DNA of 64,000 nt. Source: Bacillota bacterium (GTDB taxonomy: Bacteria > Bacillota > DTU025). Of this stretch, positions 48,981-59,493 are shown piece by piece. Numbering within the stretch: the stretch's first letter is position 1; every line of letters begins with the position of its first letter. Under the pieces are notes generated by a model, which saw nothing but the letters and a program-made list of their open reading frames with translations, made no database searches and was not told the DNA's origin. The stretch covers positions 384,001 through 448,000 of the forward strand of contig JBMNJT010000008.1 of the NCBI GenBank assembly GCA_050951805.1, read 5' to 3'. Both the position numbers and the translations under genes were made by a program.

Positions 48981-49700
48981 ATGGTGCTGAGGGTTCGCAT
49001 TACAAAAGGCGAAGAGGCGCGGTTCATCTCACACCTTGGTTTCATGAGAGCTTTTGAGCGCGCCATAAGGCGTGCTGAGATTCCGGTTGCATATTCTGAA
49101 GGCTACCACCCTTTGCCCAAGTTCTCATTTGCCACCGCTCTTGGGGTTGGAATTTCCAGCGAAGCGGAATATGTTGACATTCAGATAGATCCTGACGGTC
49201 CCAAGATCAGCGTTGAGGAGGCCTTCGACGCGCTGGACAGGAACATGCCTCCGGGGATTGCGGTCGTGGCGGCCTGCTGGTATCTGGGTAAACCTGCACT
49301 CGCATCACTTATTGAATACGCTTCCTATAGGGCGAGTGGATGTGGCGCCTTGCATGAAGCCGCAGAAGAGTTTATGGCCATGGATGCCTCCCTAGGGACT
49401 ATCACCACGAAGAGCGGGGAAAAAGAGGAGGATATCAGGAAGCTCGTTTATTCAATATCGATGGCAGATGATGAGAGTTTGGAGTTTATTTGTGCGTGTG
49501 GCGGGCGCGCTCATCTCAGGCCTGATAACCTTCTTGTGCACCTAAGTTCGATCGCCGGGGTTGAATGTGATGTCAAGCGGTCCCGGATCCATCGGACTGG
49601 TTTGTTTGTTGTTGAGGATGGGGAACTCGTGTCCCCTATGGATTATAAATGCAAAGATTTGGTCATCGCTAAGGGTTGGATGCCCAGGGAGTTGAGTTGA
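48981..49700 (+). CDS. TIGR03936/DUF2344 radical SAM-associated protein
   Basis: RFISHL, RA.RRA.IPVAYSEGYHP.PK. Confidence 0.85.
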   Translation: MVLRVRITKGEEARFISHLGFMRAFERAIRRAEIPVAYSEGYHPLPKFSFATALGVGISSEAEYVDIQIDPDGPKISVEEAFDALDRNMPPGIAVVAACWYLGKPALASLIEYASYRASGCGALHEAAEEFMAMDASLGTITTKSGEKEEDIRKLVYSISMADDESLEFICACGGRAHLRPDNLLVHLSSIAGVECDVKRSRIHRTGLFVVEDGELVSPMDYKCKDLVIAKGWMPRELS

Positions 49701-51914
49701 ATGTCCAGAGAAATTGTTGTCAACTCCGACAATGGCGAAACAAGGGCCGCCATCCTGGAGGATGGAAAGCTTGTGGATCTTTTTGTGGAGAGATCAGTTC
49801 ATCCCCGGTATGCGGGGAACGTCTACAAAGGAGTAGTCGAGAATGTTCTTCCGGGGATGCAGGCGGCTTTCGTCAATATAGGTTTGGAGCGCAACGCGTT
49901 TTTGTATGTAGATGATGCCTTAGCAGGGCATAATGGCCGCAATTCCCGCGTAGTACGGGAGGCGGATGGAGAAGAGATTTCGGTTCCGAGGAAGAAGTCG
50001 CGATCGATTAAGGACATCTTAAAGCCTGGTCAGGAGATCATGGTTCAGGTTACGAAAGAGCCCATAGGCGCCAAGGGCGCAAGGGTAGTGACGGATGTCA
50101 CTCTTCCAGGAAGGTATGTTGTGCTCATGCCCACGGTGGACTATGTTGGTGTGTCCAGACGCATAGAAGAAGAGGGCGAGCGTGACAGACTGCGGAAAAT
50201 CGCTCAGGCCTCGAAACCGCGTCGAATGGGCGTGATTGTGAGGACGGTTGCCGAAGGGAAGAGCCAGGAGGAGATCGCCTCCGATATTCAGTTTCTTGTG
50301 AAATTATGGAGGCGAATACAGGGCAGGAACAGGAGGGCGCAGGGCGCCACGTTGCTTCACCAAGAGTACGACTTGGCTTTCAGGTTGGTTCGCGATCATT
50401 TTGCTGCGGATGTAACCAGGTTTGTGGTGGATGATGCTAAAGAGCATAAGAAAGTCCTCGATCTGTCGAGGATGTTTTCCGAGTCCATGCGGGACCGAAT
50501 TCACCTGTATACGGGGCAGGAACCGATCTTCGATGTGTATGGGCTCGAGGAAGAGATAGCGCGGACCTTGAGGCGCAAGGTGTGGCTTGCATGTGGAGGA
50601 TATATTGTCATAGACAACACAGAGGCGCTCACGGTCATAGATGTGAATACGGGAAAATACATTGGCACGACATGTCTTGCGGACACGGTACTTAAGACTA
50701 ACATAGAAGCTGCTGAGGAAATCGCAAGGCAGGTCAGGTTGAGGAACATTGGCGGGATAATAGTCATCGACTTCATTGATATGGATGACGATTCCCATCG
50801 GCGACTGGTCATAGAGAAACTCGAGGACGCTCTCTCGCGCGACAAAACAAAGGCCACAGTTCTTGGCTTTACTCACCTAGGCTTGGTGGAGATGACTAGA
50901 AAAAAGGTGCAGCAAGGATTGGCTGAGTCGATGATGAAAGTCTGTCCTACGTGCGACGGGAGAGGGCGGATCCTCTCCGAAGAGACACTTTCATTTCGCG
51001 CTATGCGTGCCATAAAGAAGGAAGCCCTCACTACTGATCAGCCAGCCATGCTTGTTTTGCTCCACCCGTCGGTTGCTGCCATGCTCATAGGCGCTGGTGG
51101 CTCTAACCTTTCTGCGCTAGAAGAGGAAACAGGAAAAGCCATATACGTGAAGGGCAGCTTCGATCAGAAGGTGGAGGACATAGTAGTTGCCGCCGTCGGA
51201 TCGAGGGAAGACGTAGAGAAGAAGGCATTGCCTGTGTCAGCCGGCGATAGGTTGGAAGTGGTCATTGAAGAACCTCATGTGAGCAATAGTCGAGACGGAA
51301 TTGCCAGGCTTGAGGGGTATGTCATAGATGTGGAGGGCGCAGGTCGCCTTGTCGGCGAGAAAGTTCGCATAGAGGTCACAAAGGTTTTCAAGACGTATGC
51401 GAGGGCAAGATTGATCAATGAAGACGCCGACGAGCATGGGCAGGATAAGGAAGGCCCGAATGCGGTAGTGGCTGAGAACGGCGACAAGCGCGAGGATAAG
51501 GAGAAATCGGCCAAGAAGGCTTCTAATGAAGATCACGTGAAAGACGAGCAAAAAGCCAGGCAAAACAGTAAGAAAGACAGCAAACAAGATGCCAGGAAGA
51601 GTAACAAACAAGACAGCAAGCAAGATAGCAAACAGAAAAGTGGTCAAAGCGATGGCAGCCCGAAGGGCGGTGCTAATGCGGGCAAGGCGGGTGGGCAGAA
51701 GACGCGTGGAGGCGGTGAAAAAGGGCCTCATCAGGAGAATCGAGGAGGTTCGCGAAGCACTGGCCAGAGGGGTCGGGAGCAAGGCGGTTCAAAAGCTGGA
51801 CAAAAATCTGGCCAGCGGCGGAATGGTAGTCAAGCGACGGCGAGCAGTGTCAAGAAGCGCGGTGCTAAGAATCAAGCAGATACGGCTGGCAATGGGGTCT
51901 CGGGCGACTCCTGA
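49701..51914 (+). CDS. rng: Ribonuclease E/G with a TRAM domain and long disordered C-terminal tail
   Basis: S1 domain GMQAAFV, DVNTG, LRNIGGIIVIDFIDM, CPTCDG, TRAM-like DGIARLEGYVI. Confidence 0.92.
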   Translation: MSREIVVNSDNGETRAAILEDGKLVDLFVERSVHPRYAGNVYKGVVENVLPGMQAAFVNIGLERNAFLYVDDALAGHNGRNSRVVREADGEEISVPRKKSRSIKDILKPGQEIMVQVTKEPIGAKGARVVTDVTLPGRYVVLMPTVDYVGVSRRIEEEGERDRLRKIAQASKPRRMGVIVRTVAEGKSQEEIASDIQFLVKLWRRIQGRNRRAQGATLLHQEYDLAFRLVRDHFAADVTRFVVDDAKEHKKVLDLSRMFSESMRDRIHLYTGQEPIFDVYGLEEEIARTLRRKVWLACGGYIVIDNTEALTVIDVNTGKYIGTTCLADTVLKTNIEAAEEIARQVRLRNIGGIIVIDFIDMDDDSHRRLVIEKLEDALSRDKTKATVLGFTHLGLVEMTRKKVQQGLAESMMKVCPTCDGRGRILSEETLSFRAMRAIKKEALTTDQPAMLVLLHPSVAAMLIGAGGSNLSALEEETGKAIYVKGSFDQKVEDIVVAAVGSREDVEKKALPVSAGDRLEVVIEEPHVSNSRDGIARLEGYVIDVEGAGRLVGEKVRIEVTKVFKTYARARLINEDADEHGQDKEGPNAVVAENGDKREDKEKSAKKASNEDHVKDEQKARQNSKKDSKQDARKSNKQDSKQDSKQKSGQSDGSPKGGANAGKAGGQKTRGGGEKGPHQENRGGSRSTGQRGREQGGSKAGQKSGQRRNGSQATASSVKKRGAKNQADTAGNGVSGDS
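51552..51636 (+). repeat. Imperfect tandem repeats (12-nt GAYAGCAARCAR units) in the RNase tail
   Basis: GACAGCAAACAA, GACAGCAAGCAA, GATAGCAAACAG encode DSKQ repeats. Confidence 0.6.
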
Positions 51915-52769
51915 GCACAGATAGAAGCAGAGTTAGGCCTGTGGAACTTGGCTGGACATATGTGCATGGAATGCCATCGTGTTTTGCGCAACAGCAGCGT
52001 GGAAGTGAACAACCTCGCTCAGGGGCTTTGTTGGAGAATCCACAGGCTACTTGCAAGCGGTTCTTGAACAGTATTCACCGATGCTCAAAGGTTTTGCTGG
52101 AGGTTGTTTTCCCACAAGTAGGTCTGGAAAAGCTCTTGCGGGATCTTACGGGTCCGCATTGCCTGCATCTCAGCCTTAGTGAGCGGCTAAGGCTGAGATG
52201 CTTTTGCGACTTGCTTACGCTGGACGTTAGCCAGGATACAGCTATCTGAAGGTCAAAGGACGAGCACATGCACAGCCAAAATGATGCGCCGGATCGCGTA
52301 TGGGGCGGGGAGTGCGTGCGAAGGATGATCCAGAGGCAAGTTTTGGCAGTACGCGGATGCCGAAAACAAGTAGCACATGTTCCTCGAAGGATATCCCAAC
52401 GCAAATGTGTGCAGTTCGGAGCTGGACGTGTGGTTCGCCGCTTCATTTCTGGAAATGCCTTTGACTGACAACAGAAACCGTCTACTATGGGTTGGGGAAA
52501 TTATCCGCGAGGCTTTGTTCGGGCAATACAGATTCTACGATAGAGAACTTTGCGGCGGCTAAACCAAAGAGGGCTACGACAAGCAATTTGAGAATGCGAC
52601 TTCTTCGAGTAACCCGACGAGCGCAAGGGTTACGGCGGAGGGAATTACGTGGGCCACGGCGATCAGCATCTATGGCCAGCTGAAGACGGTACAGGCCTGC
52701 GGGGTGCGGGGCTTATATCTTTTCTAGCAAGCAGCGCAGGGGCAAGTGCTATTGGATGAGGTGTGCTGT

Positions 52770-52798
52770 TTGACAGCCGCAGCAGCATATGCTATATT
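52770..52798 (+). promoter_or_regulatory. SigA promoter for the rplU operon
   Basis: TTGACA-17-TATATT with a TG extension. Confidence 0.8.
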
Positions 52799-52807
52799 TT
52801 AACCGCT

Positions 52808-52935
52808 GTGGGCGACTCTGCGTGTCGCCTCAAGCCGCTCGGGGAAGGCTTCCAAATGGAGTGATCGCCAACTTGGTGGCACGCCTGCCTTCTGTTTTTC
52901 TCTTTTATCCCGGCGAGCCCAGAGTGCGAGGAGGT
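52808..52935 (+). ncRNA. Ribosomal protein L21 leader-like cis element
   Basis: Lies between the promoter and rplU; CGCC..GCCGC..GGCGAG pattern preceding the GGAGGT RBS. Confidence 0.55.
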
Positions 52936-52944
52936 AAAAGGATA

Positions 52945-53259
52945 GTGTATGCAATTATCGAAACCGGCGGAAAACAGTACCGTGTTGAGCCGGGGCAGGT
53001 CGTCCGTGTCGAGAAGCTGGACGCTGAGGTCGGCGACAGTATTGAATTCGACCGTGTGCTTATGGTGTCAGGCGACGATGGAATCAAGGTAGGTAGTCCA
53101 GTTGTTGACGGTGCAAGGGTCAAGGGCGCCATTCTTGAGCATGGTAAGGCCAAGAAGATCTATGTTTTCAAATATAAGGCTAAAAAACGAGTCCGCACGA
53201 AAACAGGACATAGGCAGCCGTTTACAGCGGTAAAGATCGAATCGATCTCGGTGGCATAG
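52945..53259 (+). CDS. rplU: 50S ribosomal protein L21
   Basis: [20 protein letters not shown]. Confidence 0.96.
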   Translation: MYAIIETGGKQYRVEPGQVVRVEKLDAEVGDSIEFDRVLMVSGDDGIKVGSPVVDGARVKGAILEHGKAKKIYVFKYKAKKRVRTKTGHRQPFTAVKIESISVA

Positions 53260-53296
53260 TTTGCTCTGATGAGCGCGGTGCAAGAAGGTTTTTGCC

Positions 53297-53644
53297 GTGG
53301 TTAAGCTTCATGTTCGGCGTGTGGAGGGCCATGTGGTTCGGTTTGCCCTGCATGGGCATGCGGAATGCGGAGAATATGGCTATGATTTGGTATGTGCTGC
53401 TACGTCAGCTTTGACGATTGCCGCTGCAAATGGGCTTTTTGAGCATGCAGGTGTGTCTCGTGCCGTAAGGTATCGTTCCGGATACCTGGATTGCGTGATT
53501 TTGAATTGCCCATCTGCGGAGGTGCGTATGCGAGCCGATGCCGTTTTGGAGACCATGATTTCTGGGATTCGAGCCATAGCGCTAGAGTATCCAGAAAGTG
53601 TTTCCGTCGTTGACATCGGAGGTTCGGTCTCGGCGCGATATTGA
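53297..53644 (+). CDS. prp: Ribosomal-processing cysteine protease Prp (YsxB)
   Basis: GHA..G.DLVCAA.S motif between rplU and rpmA. Confidence 0.88.
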   Translation: MVKLHVRRVEGHVVRFALHGHAECGEYGYDLVCAATSALTIAAANGLFEHAGVSRAVRYRSGYLDCVILNCPSAEVRMRADAVLETMISGIRAIALEYPESVSVVDIGGSVSARY

Positions 53645-53722
53645 GGAGAAAGATGCGCCTTGGCGTTTGGCGTAGGCGTGTGAGTTAAGGCGAAATGAAA
53701 CGGAATCCGGGAGGTGTTTCCA

Positions 53723-54043
53723 ATGATCAGAATGGACCTTCAGCTATTTGCGAAGAAGAAGGGAGTCGGAAGCTCCCGAAACGGTCGTGACTCCCGTTCG
53801 CAGAGGCTCGGAGTTAAGAAGTTTGGCGGCCAATACGTTTCCGCCGGCAACATCATTGTCAGGCAGTGTGGGACTAAGGTTCACCCTGGTATCAATGTGG
53901 GGATGGGTAAGGACTATACCCTGTTTGCTCTGGCAGACGGTTATGTTCAGTTCGAGCACAACGGAAAGCGAAGCAAGAAGGTTTCAGTCGTTCCTGAGCT
54001 GCCTGTTGCCGAGGAGCCAGCGCATGTCGTTGAATCTATGTAG
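53723..54043 (+). CDS. rpmA: 50S ribosomal protein L27 with a cleavable N-terminal extension
   Basis: [31 protein letters not shown]. Confidence 0.96.
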   Translation: MIRMDLQLFAKKKGVGSSRNGRDSRSQRLGVKKFGGQYVSAGNIIVRQCGTKVHPGINVGMGKDYTLFALADGYVQFEHNGKRSKKVSVVPELPVAEEPAHVVESM

Positions 54044-54060
54044 TTGGTGATTGGAGGCTG

Positions 54061-54100
54061 AAGGGCTCGCATCAGGTGTGCTTGATGTGGGCCCTTTTGT
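54061..54100 (+). terminator. Intrinsic terminator after rpmA
   Basis: AAGGGCTCGCATCAGG/CTTGATGTGGGCCCTT stem followed by a T-rich tail. Confidence 0.75.
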
Positions 54101-54136
54101 TATCGCTGTGCTACTCCTTCTGAGAGGGTGAGGTTG

Positions 54137-56848
54137 ATGGGCAAGATACCAGTCTGGGCTAGAGTCTTGATAGTGGCCATTATTATCGTGGCAGTCGGGT
54201 GGAAGACGATTTCTAATATAACGACTGAGTATCTGTGGTACCAGGACTTGGGGTATGTGAGTGTATTCTGGAAGTGCCTGGAAGCGAGGGTTGCTGTCGC
54301 AGCAGCGATATTCGCCGTGACATTTGCCTTTGTTGCTGCAAATCTTCTGTCAATGAAATCGGCGTCGAAAGCTATGCCAAGACGATCGGCACTTTTCCTG
54401 GCTACAATTGCGGGAGTGTTGACTGCCGGGTTTTCTACAGATTTGTGGATGGAATTCCAGCAGTTTGTGCATGCTACGCCGTTTGGGAAAGCAGACCCGA
54501 TTTTCGGCCAAGATGTAGGCTTCTACGTTTTCCGATATCCCTTCCTTAAAGAAGTCTACAAAGGCGCAATATGGGTTGTGGGCTTGAGCGCTACCTTTGT
54601 CATTCTTGTCTACCTTTTTTCCGGATCGCTGATCAGATTTAGCCGAGAAGAAGTGGAAGAACCCGCAATAGGCAGCCGCCGCAGGAGGCCCAGGCGAGGA
54701 AGGCTTCTATTGGAACAGGCTGATCCCGGCGCGAAGCTTCACATAGGCATACTTCTTGCCATCGTTTTTTGTGTTGTGGCTTTCGGTTATTGGCTTGACA
54801 TGCGGGGATTGGTCTATTCCGAGAGGGGAGTTGGCATAGGCGCAAGCTATGCTGATGTACATGGCGCTCTACCAGGCATGCGGCTTATGCTCTTCATGTC
54901 CCTGGCAGCTGCAGTAATCATGATAATCTCTGCCATATCACAGACTCGTGCAAAGACATTGGCATGGATGGCTGCTACGGTAGTGATCATGGGAGTCTTT
55001 TCGCTACTGGCTGTAAATGTCTATCCCAATCTAGTCCAGCGCCTCTATGTGACGCCCAACGAGTTGAGGGCAGAAAGGGAGTACATCTCGCACAACATCG
55101 ACTTCACCAGAAGTGCTTTTGGTCTCGACAGTATCGAAGAGAAGGAATACGTTGTGGATCAGAACCTCTCCTGGACCGACGTTAACTCGGCACGGGCCAC
55201 TCTCGACAGCATAAGGCTTTGGGACTGGGAGCCATTGCTTGCAACTTACGGGCAACTTCAGGGCATGCGGCTTTACTACCAGTTTAACGATGTGGACGTT
55301 GATAGGTACCTTGTTGACGGCAACCTTGTCCAGGTTATGCTGGCTGCAAGAGAGCTCGACGTGGAAAGTCTGCCGCCTCAGGCGCAGACATGGGTCAACA
55401 GGCGTCTCAAGTACACGCATGGCTACGGCGTGTGTGCGAGTCCTGCGAATGAGATAGGCCCTGACGGACTTCCCACATTCCTATTGCGAGATATACCGCC
55501 TAAAGGTTCTGATAGCCTCGAGATTGAGCGGCCTGAGATATACTTCGGTGAACTTACTCGCGATTGGGTTGTCGTCAATACGAAGACTGAAGAGTTTGAC
55601 TATCCGGTAGGTGATACCAATAAGTCTACCCGGCACATGGGTGACTCCGGTGTCCGCATTTCCAATCCTCTGCGGCGCGCGATGTTCGCCACGAAGTTTT
55701 CCGACGCTAGGCTGCTGTTGTCGTCTGATATCACTTCTGACAGCAGGATATTATTTGATAGGGAGATTGGGCAGCGTGCTAGAAAAATAGTCCCATTCCT
55801 CAGCTATGACAGTGATCCATACATCGTAGTTGCTGACGGTAGGCTGATATGGATTTTAGATGGCCTTACCACGTCAGACCGATATCCTTTTTCCGAAAGA
55901 TATGTGGGAGGCATCAACTACATCAGGAATTCCGTGAAGGTCACGATTGATGCCTATACCGGCCAGACGGATTTCTATCTCATCGACAGAAATGACCCGG
56001 TGGCGGTTACGTACGCAAAGATATTCCCGGGACTGTTTAAGGAAGCCGATGAAATGCCGCAAAGCATACGTGAACACGTGCGTTATCCAGAAGACCTCTT
56101 CACGATTCAGGCCAAGATGTACGGGATGTACCATATGAGAGATCCCGAGGTGTTCTACAACAAGGAAGACCTCTGGGCAATTCCAAATGAGCTTTACGGT
56201 GGTTCTGAACGCGAAGTGAGCCCTTACTATATCCGATTGGTGCTTCCAGGTGAGTCCGATATGGGCTTCGTTCTTTTCGTGCCGTTCACGCCTTCACGGA
56301 AGGACAACATGGTTGCATGGCTCGCGGTAAACAGCGATATGGATGATTTCGGCCGGATGGTGGCGTACAAGTTCGGAAAGCAAAAGGTCATATTTGGCCC
56401 AATGCAGATAGAGGCCCAGATAGACCAGGACGCAGAGATCTCAAAGATGCTGTCGCTGTGGAATCAGAGCGGGTCAACTGTTATTCGGGGCAACCTGTTG
56501 GTGTATCCTATTGGCGGCGGATTGCTGTACGTGGAACCGCTATTTCTGGCAGCTCAGACAAGCCAGCTGCCCCAGTTGAAGCGCGTGGTGCTATGCGACG
56601 GAGCCAAGGTCGCCATAGGAAGCGATCTGTGGAGCGCTCTTGACGCGATGCTTTCCGGGCATGGCGAAGGAGCGACAGGTAGTTTTCTCGATTCGGATGA
56701 GCTTGGCAATACAAGGGAACTGGCTCATCAGGCCCTCAAACTCTACCAGCAGGCTCGCGATCGCCTCAAAGATGGCGACCTGGCAGGTTATGACAGCATA
56801 CAGCGGGAGCTAGAGGACTTGCTTGAGTCTATGGCAACCGAAGAATAG
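54137..56848 (+). CDS. UPF0182 family membrane protein
   Basis: DPIFG.DVGFY.F, IRLWD, F.DVDVDRY, YTHGYG, NYIRNSVK, RGNLLV. Confidence 0.92.
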   Translation: MGKIPVWARVLIVAIIIVAVGWKTISNITTEYLWYQDLGYVSVFWKCLEARVAVAAAIFAVTFAFVAANLLSMKSASKAMPRRSALFLATIAGVLTAGFSTDLWMEFQQFVHATPFGKADPIFGQDVGFYVFRYPFLKEVYKGAIWVVGLSATFVILVYLFSGSLIRFSREEVEEPAIGSRRRRPRRGRLLLEQADPGAKLHIGILLAIVFCVVAFGYWLDMRGLVYSERGVGIGASYADVHGALPGMRLMLFMSLAAAVIMIISAISQTRAKTLAWMAATVVIMGVFSLLAVNVYPNLVQRLYVTPNELRAEREYISHNIDFTRSAFGLDSIEEKEYVVDQNLSWTDVNSARATLDSIRLWDWEPLLATYGQLQGMRLYYQFNDVDVDRYLVDGNLVQVMLAARELDVESLPPQAQTWVNRRLKYTHGYGVCASPANEIGPDGLPTFLLRDIPPKGSDSLEIERPEIYFGELTRDWVVVNTKTEEFDYPVGDTNKSTRHMGDSGVRISNPLRRAMFATKFSDARLLLSSDITSDSRILFDREIGQRARKIVPFLSYDSDPYIVVADGRLIWILDGLTTSDRYPFSERYVGGINYIRNSVKVTIDAYTGQTDFYLIDRNDPVAVTYAKIFPGLFKEADEMPQSIREHVRYPEDLFTIQAKMYGMYHMRDPEVFYNKEDLWAIPNELYGGSEREVSPYYIRLVLPGESDMGFVLFVPFTPSRKDNMVAWLAVNSDMDDFGRMVAYKFGKQKVIFGPMQIEAQIDQDAEISKMLSLWNQSGSTVIRGNLLVYPIGGGLLYVEPLFLAAQTSQLPQLKRVVLCDGAKVAIGSDLWSALDAMLSGHGEGATGSFLDSDELGNTRELAHQALKLYQQARDRLKDGDLAGYDSIQRELEDLLESMATEE

Positions 56849-56865
56849 GCAGGGAGCGAGGGACT

Positions 56866-57849
56866 GTGGTAGGCTTGGCGGAATTGGATTTAAAGACTAA
56901 CTGGAAAGATGGCATCTGTGAAATAACTGGGTTTGACAGCTTCAACTTGCATTCTTCGTGCCATTGTGGCCAAGCATTTCGTTGGCGCACATCTGGATCG
57001 AGAGGGCAGTTGGAAGAAGGCGTGGTTCGTGGGAAGTTGCTTCGTCTTGAACAACGCGATGATGCGCTCATAATCCATCCGCCAGTCGATGATGAGACGG
57101 TCAGAATTGCCATCGACTATTTTCGCCTCGCCGTTCCGCATAGTCCGATAGAAGAGGCTATAGCTGCCACAGACGAGATCATGTTCGAGGCGGTTGAGAG
57201 GAATCGGGGTCTTCGAATCGTTGCTCAAGAGCCTTGGGAATGCCTGGTGTCCTACATTATATCGGCAAGGAATAGCATACCTCAGATCTCGCGTACAGTG
57301 GAGAGGATAGCGGAAGCATGGGGTGCGCCCGTATTTGACGTTCCGACTTCGCATGATGGCGGGGGCCGAGATGGATTAGTGGATGCGGGCGGCTATGAGG
57401 CCAGTGGGAAGAAGGTGTGGTACGCCTTCCCCGGTCCGCGCGAGATGTGCTGCGCCACAGTGGATGAGCTGGCGGCATGCAAGACTGGTTTCAGGGCGCG
57501 GTCAGTCTGCGAAGCGGCCAACAGAGTAGCGTCGGGCGACATCGATCTTGACGGAATCGCATCGTTGGACTATCCTCTTGCCAAGGAAGAGTTGATCCGA
57601 CTGCGCGGTGTGGGCGAGAAGGTTGCAGACTGTGTTCTACTCTTTTCTATGGGAAAGTATGAAGCGTTCCCGGTGGATGTATGGATCGAACGAGCAGTTA
57701 GGCACCTGTATTTCGACGGTGAGGAAATCAGCCACCGTGAGATTCGCAAGTGGGCTGCAGGCAAGTTCGGAGAGGTTGCCGGACCTGCCCAAGAATATCT
57801 GTTTGCCTATGCCCGTGAGGCGATACCTGAGAAACTCAAGAAGGGGTAG
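56866..57849 (+). CDS. 8-oxoguanine DNA glycosylase (Ogg1-like)
   Basis: CGQAFRW, QEPWECL.SYI.S, GVGEKVADC, FPVDVW, AQEYLF. Confidence 0.88.
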   Translation: MVGLAELDLKTNWKDGICEITGFDSFNLHSSCHCGQAFRWRTSGSRGQLEEGVVRGKLLRLEQRDDALIIHPPVDDETVRIAIDYFRLAVPHSPIEEAIAATDEIMFEAVERNRGLRIVAQEPWECLVSYIISARNSIPQISRTVERIAEAWGAPVFDVPTSHDGGGRDGLVDAGGYEASGKKVWYAFPGPREMCCATVDELAACKTGFRARSVCEAANRVASGDIDLDGIASLDYPLAKEELIRLRGVGEKVADCVLLFSMGKYEAFPVDVWIERAVRHLYFDGEEISHREIRKWAAGKFGEVAGPAQEYLFAYAREAIPEKLKKG

Positions 57850-57896
57850 GCGGAGTGGCTGACCGGATAGATAGTCGAAAAAGTGATTTTGCCCCC

Positions 57897-59477
57897 TGTC
57901 AACCGACTGTGAAAATGTCACCCCTTTTGGGGGTTAATCCGACTGAGAAAATGTCACCCCTGTGGTTGTGTTCCGCTGGCGACCCGCGCATTATGCTCAG
58001 GCTCGCGGCCGAGTCAAGGATCGGCCTGCGGCCTGCTTTGCTCCTTGACTCGGCCTCTGCGCCTGATTGAGATTAGGGTGCCGCCAGCGGGAAACTGTTG
58101 TTTTGTCTGTTTTTGGTCTGGGTCGCCTCGCGTGCTTGCTGAATGTGTTGTTGACGCTCGTAGCTCGCACGTTTCCATGGATGATCATCCGGGGGCTTCC
58201 ATGGCATCCTCGGGGCTTTAGGCTCTTGGGCTGCAGCCGAGGTTGAGTCTTCGATTGCCGGTGTGGAGTTGAACTCGGCTAGGCTGTAGCATTTTCCCTT
58301 GTAGAGTGCGTTGATTGACCCGTCCATGTGCGTAAGCACGAAAACGGGATCCTTCCTGGCCAATCCGACAACGTGGCCGTATGCATCCAGAAGACGGAAC
58401 TTGGTGCCATGGTAGGATATGAGTGATCCTCCCAGCCCTTGACGAGATTCCCTGATCGAAAGAATCATGTCGAGATCCATGTCGGGGGGCGGGTGTCTCA
58501 TCAGCTGCGGGAACGGCAAAACGGGCGTTGTACCTAGGAATATATCCGGGAAGGAACTGATTTGCCTGTTCGATTGTATTGATTCCGGCAAGGCGCATCT
58601 CAATAGGCAGCCTTCCCTGAAGCGTCTCCCATGCGCGCTCAATACGGCCCTTTGCTTGAGGCGAATGCGCTGGTATGTGAGTGATCTGTAGTTCATCGAG
58701 AATGCGGCCTATCTGGGTAAGATTAACCCGCTTTCCCTGGAGTTGTTCTTCGATGGTGAGCTTGTCCATCTTGGGCGAGAAAAACATGGTATGGCGGTCA
58801 GAATACAAGCACAGCGGTATGCCGTTGTTCTCGAGCACCTGACGGAACACATGGAGGTATCCTATGATGTCTTCCTGAGGCCTGAAATACAGGCCCAGGA
58901 TGGCTCCGGTGGCATCATCGATGATCCCATGAAGCGACATAGCTGGGCCTCTTCCTTCGAGCCAGTCATAGGGACTGGCATCGCATTGGAGCAAGATCCC
59001 CGATTGGGGTTTTCGCTCTCGCATGCGTCTGTGGCGCGGGGCTCTTTTGGTGGAGCACACTATCCCGGCCCTCTTAAGCAATCGTTGTACAGTGCGTGGA
59101 CTCACCGAGATCTGATAGCCCTCTGCCATGAGCTCGGACATATGGGTGCAATTTGCGTCTTTCAGGTCGGTCTGAGCTAGCTCGATGATGCGTGCCGCGA
59201 TTGATGGGTCTAAAGCATGCTTGGGCTTGCGTCCGGCATTGCCATGCCCTAGGGCCTGGATTCCGTTACTCTGCATCTCCTTTTTGATCCGTTTGATCTG
59301 GCGGACACTTAATCCAAGCATATTGGCAGCCTGCGCGTTTGTGATTTGCCCGGCGGCAAGCTGATCCATTACGAAGACCCTCTTCCGTAATTTTTCCGTC
59401 AAGATGATGTCCCCCTTGTTCATGGGTGACATTATCTCAGACGCGTTATGGGGTGACAATATCACAGACGCGTAACA
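57897..59477 (-). mobile_element. IS1202/ISNCY-family insertion sequence (1581 bp) with a 16-bp target site duplication
   Basis: Ends TGT...ACA; two subterminal CTG(T/A)GA.A.TGTCACCC repeats at each end in inverted orientation; direct repeat AAGTGATTTTGCCCCC at 57881-57896 and 59478-59493. Confidence 0.9.
58073..59402 (-). pseudogene. DDE transposase with a frameshift near 58490
   Basis: TTG start after AAGGGGG; HTH, QCDAS, DDATG, YSDRH, PQAKGRIER; the C-terminal part (DLDMILSIRESR..PPDDHPWKR) lies in the +1 frame. Confidence 0.8.
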
Positions 59478-59493
59478 AAGTGATTTTGCCCCC

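Noticed and set aside
11180-57849. Coordinated oxidative-damage system (nth, NUDIX, ogg)
   Set aside because: The genes are tens of kb apart in unrelated operons; co-occurrence is ordinary
57855-58070. 71-aa ORF with a duplicated PT.KMSPL peptide
   Set aside because: It is the translation of the IS subterminal repeats
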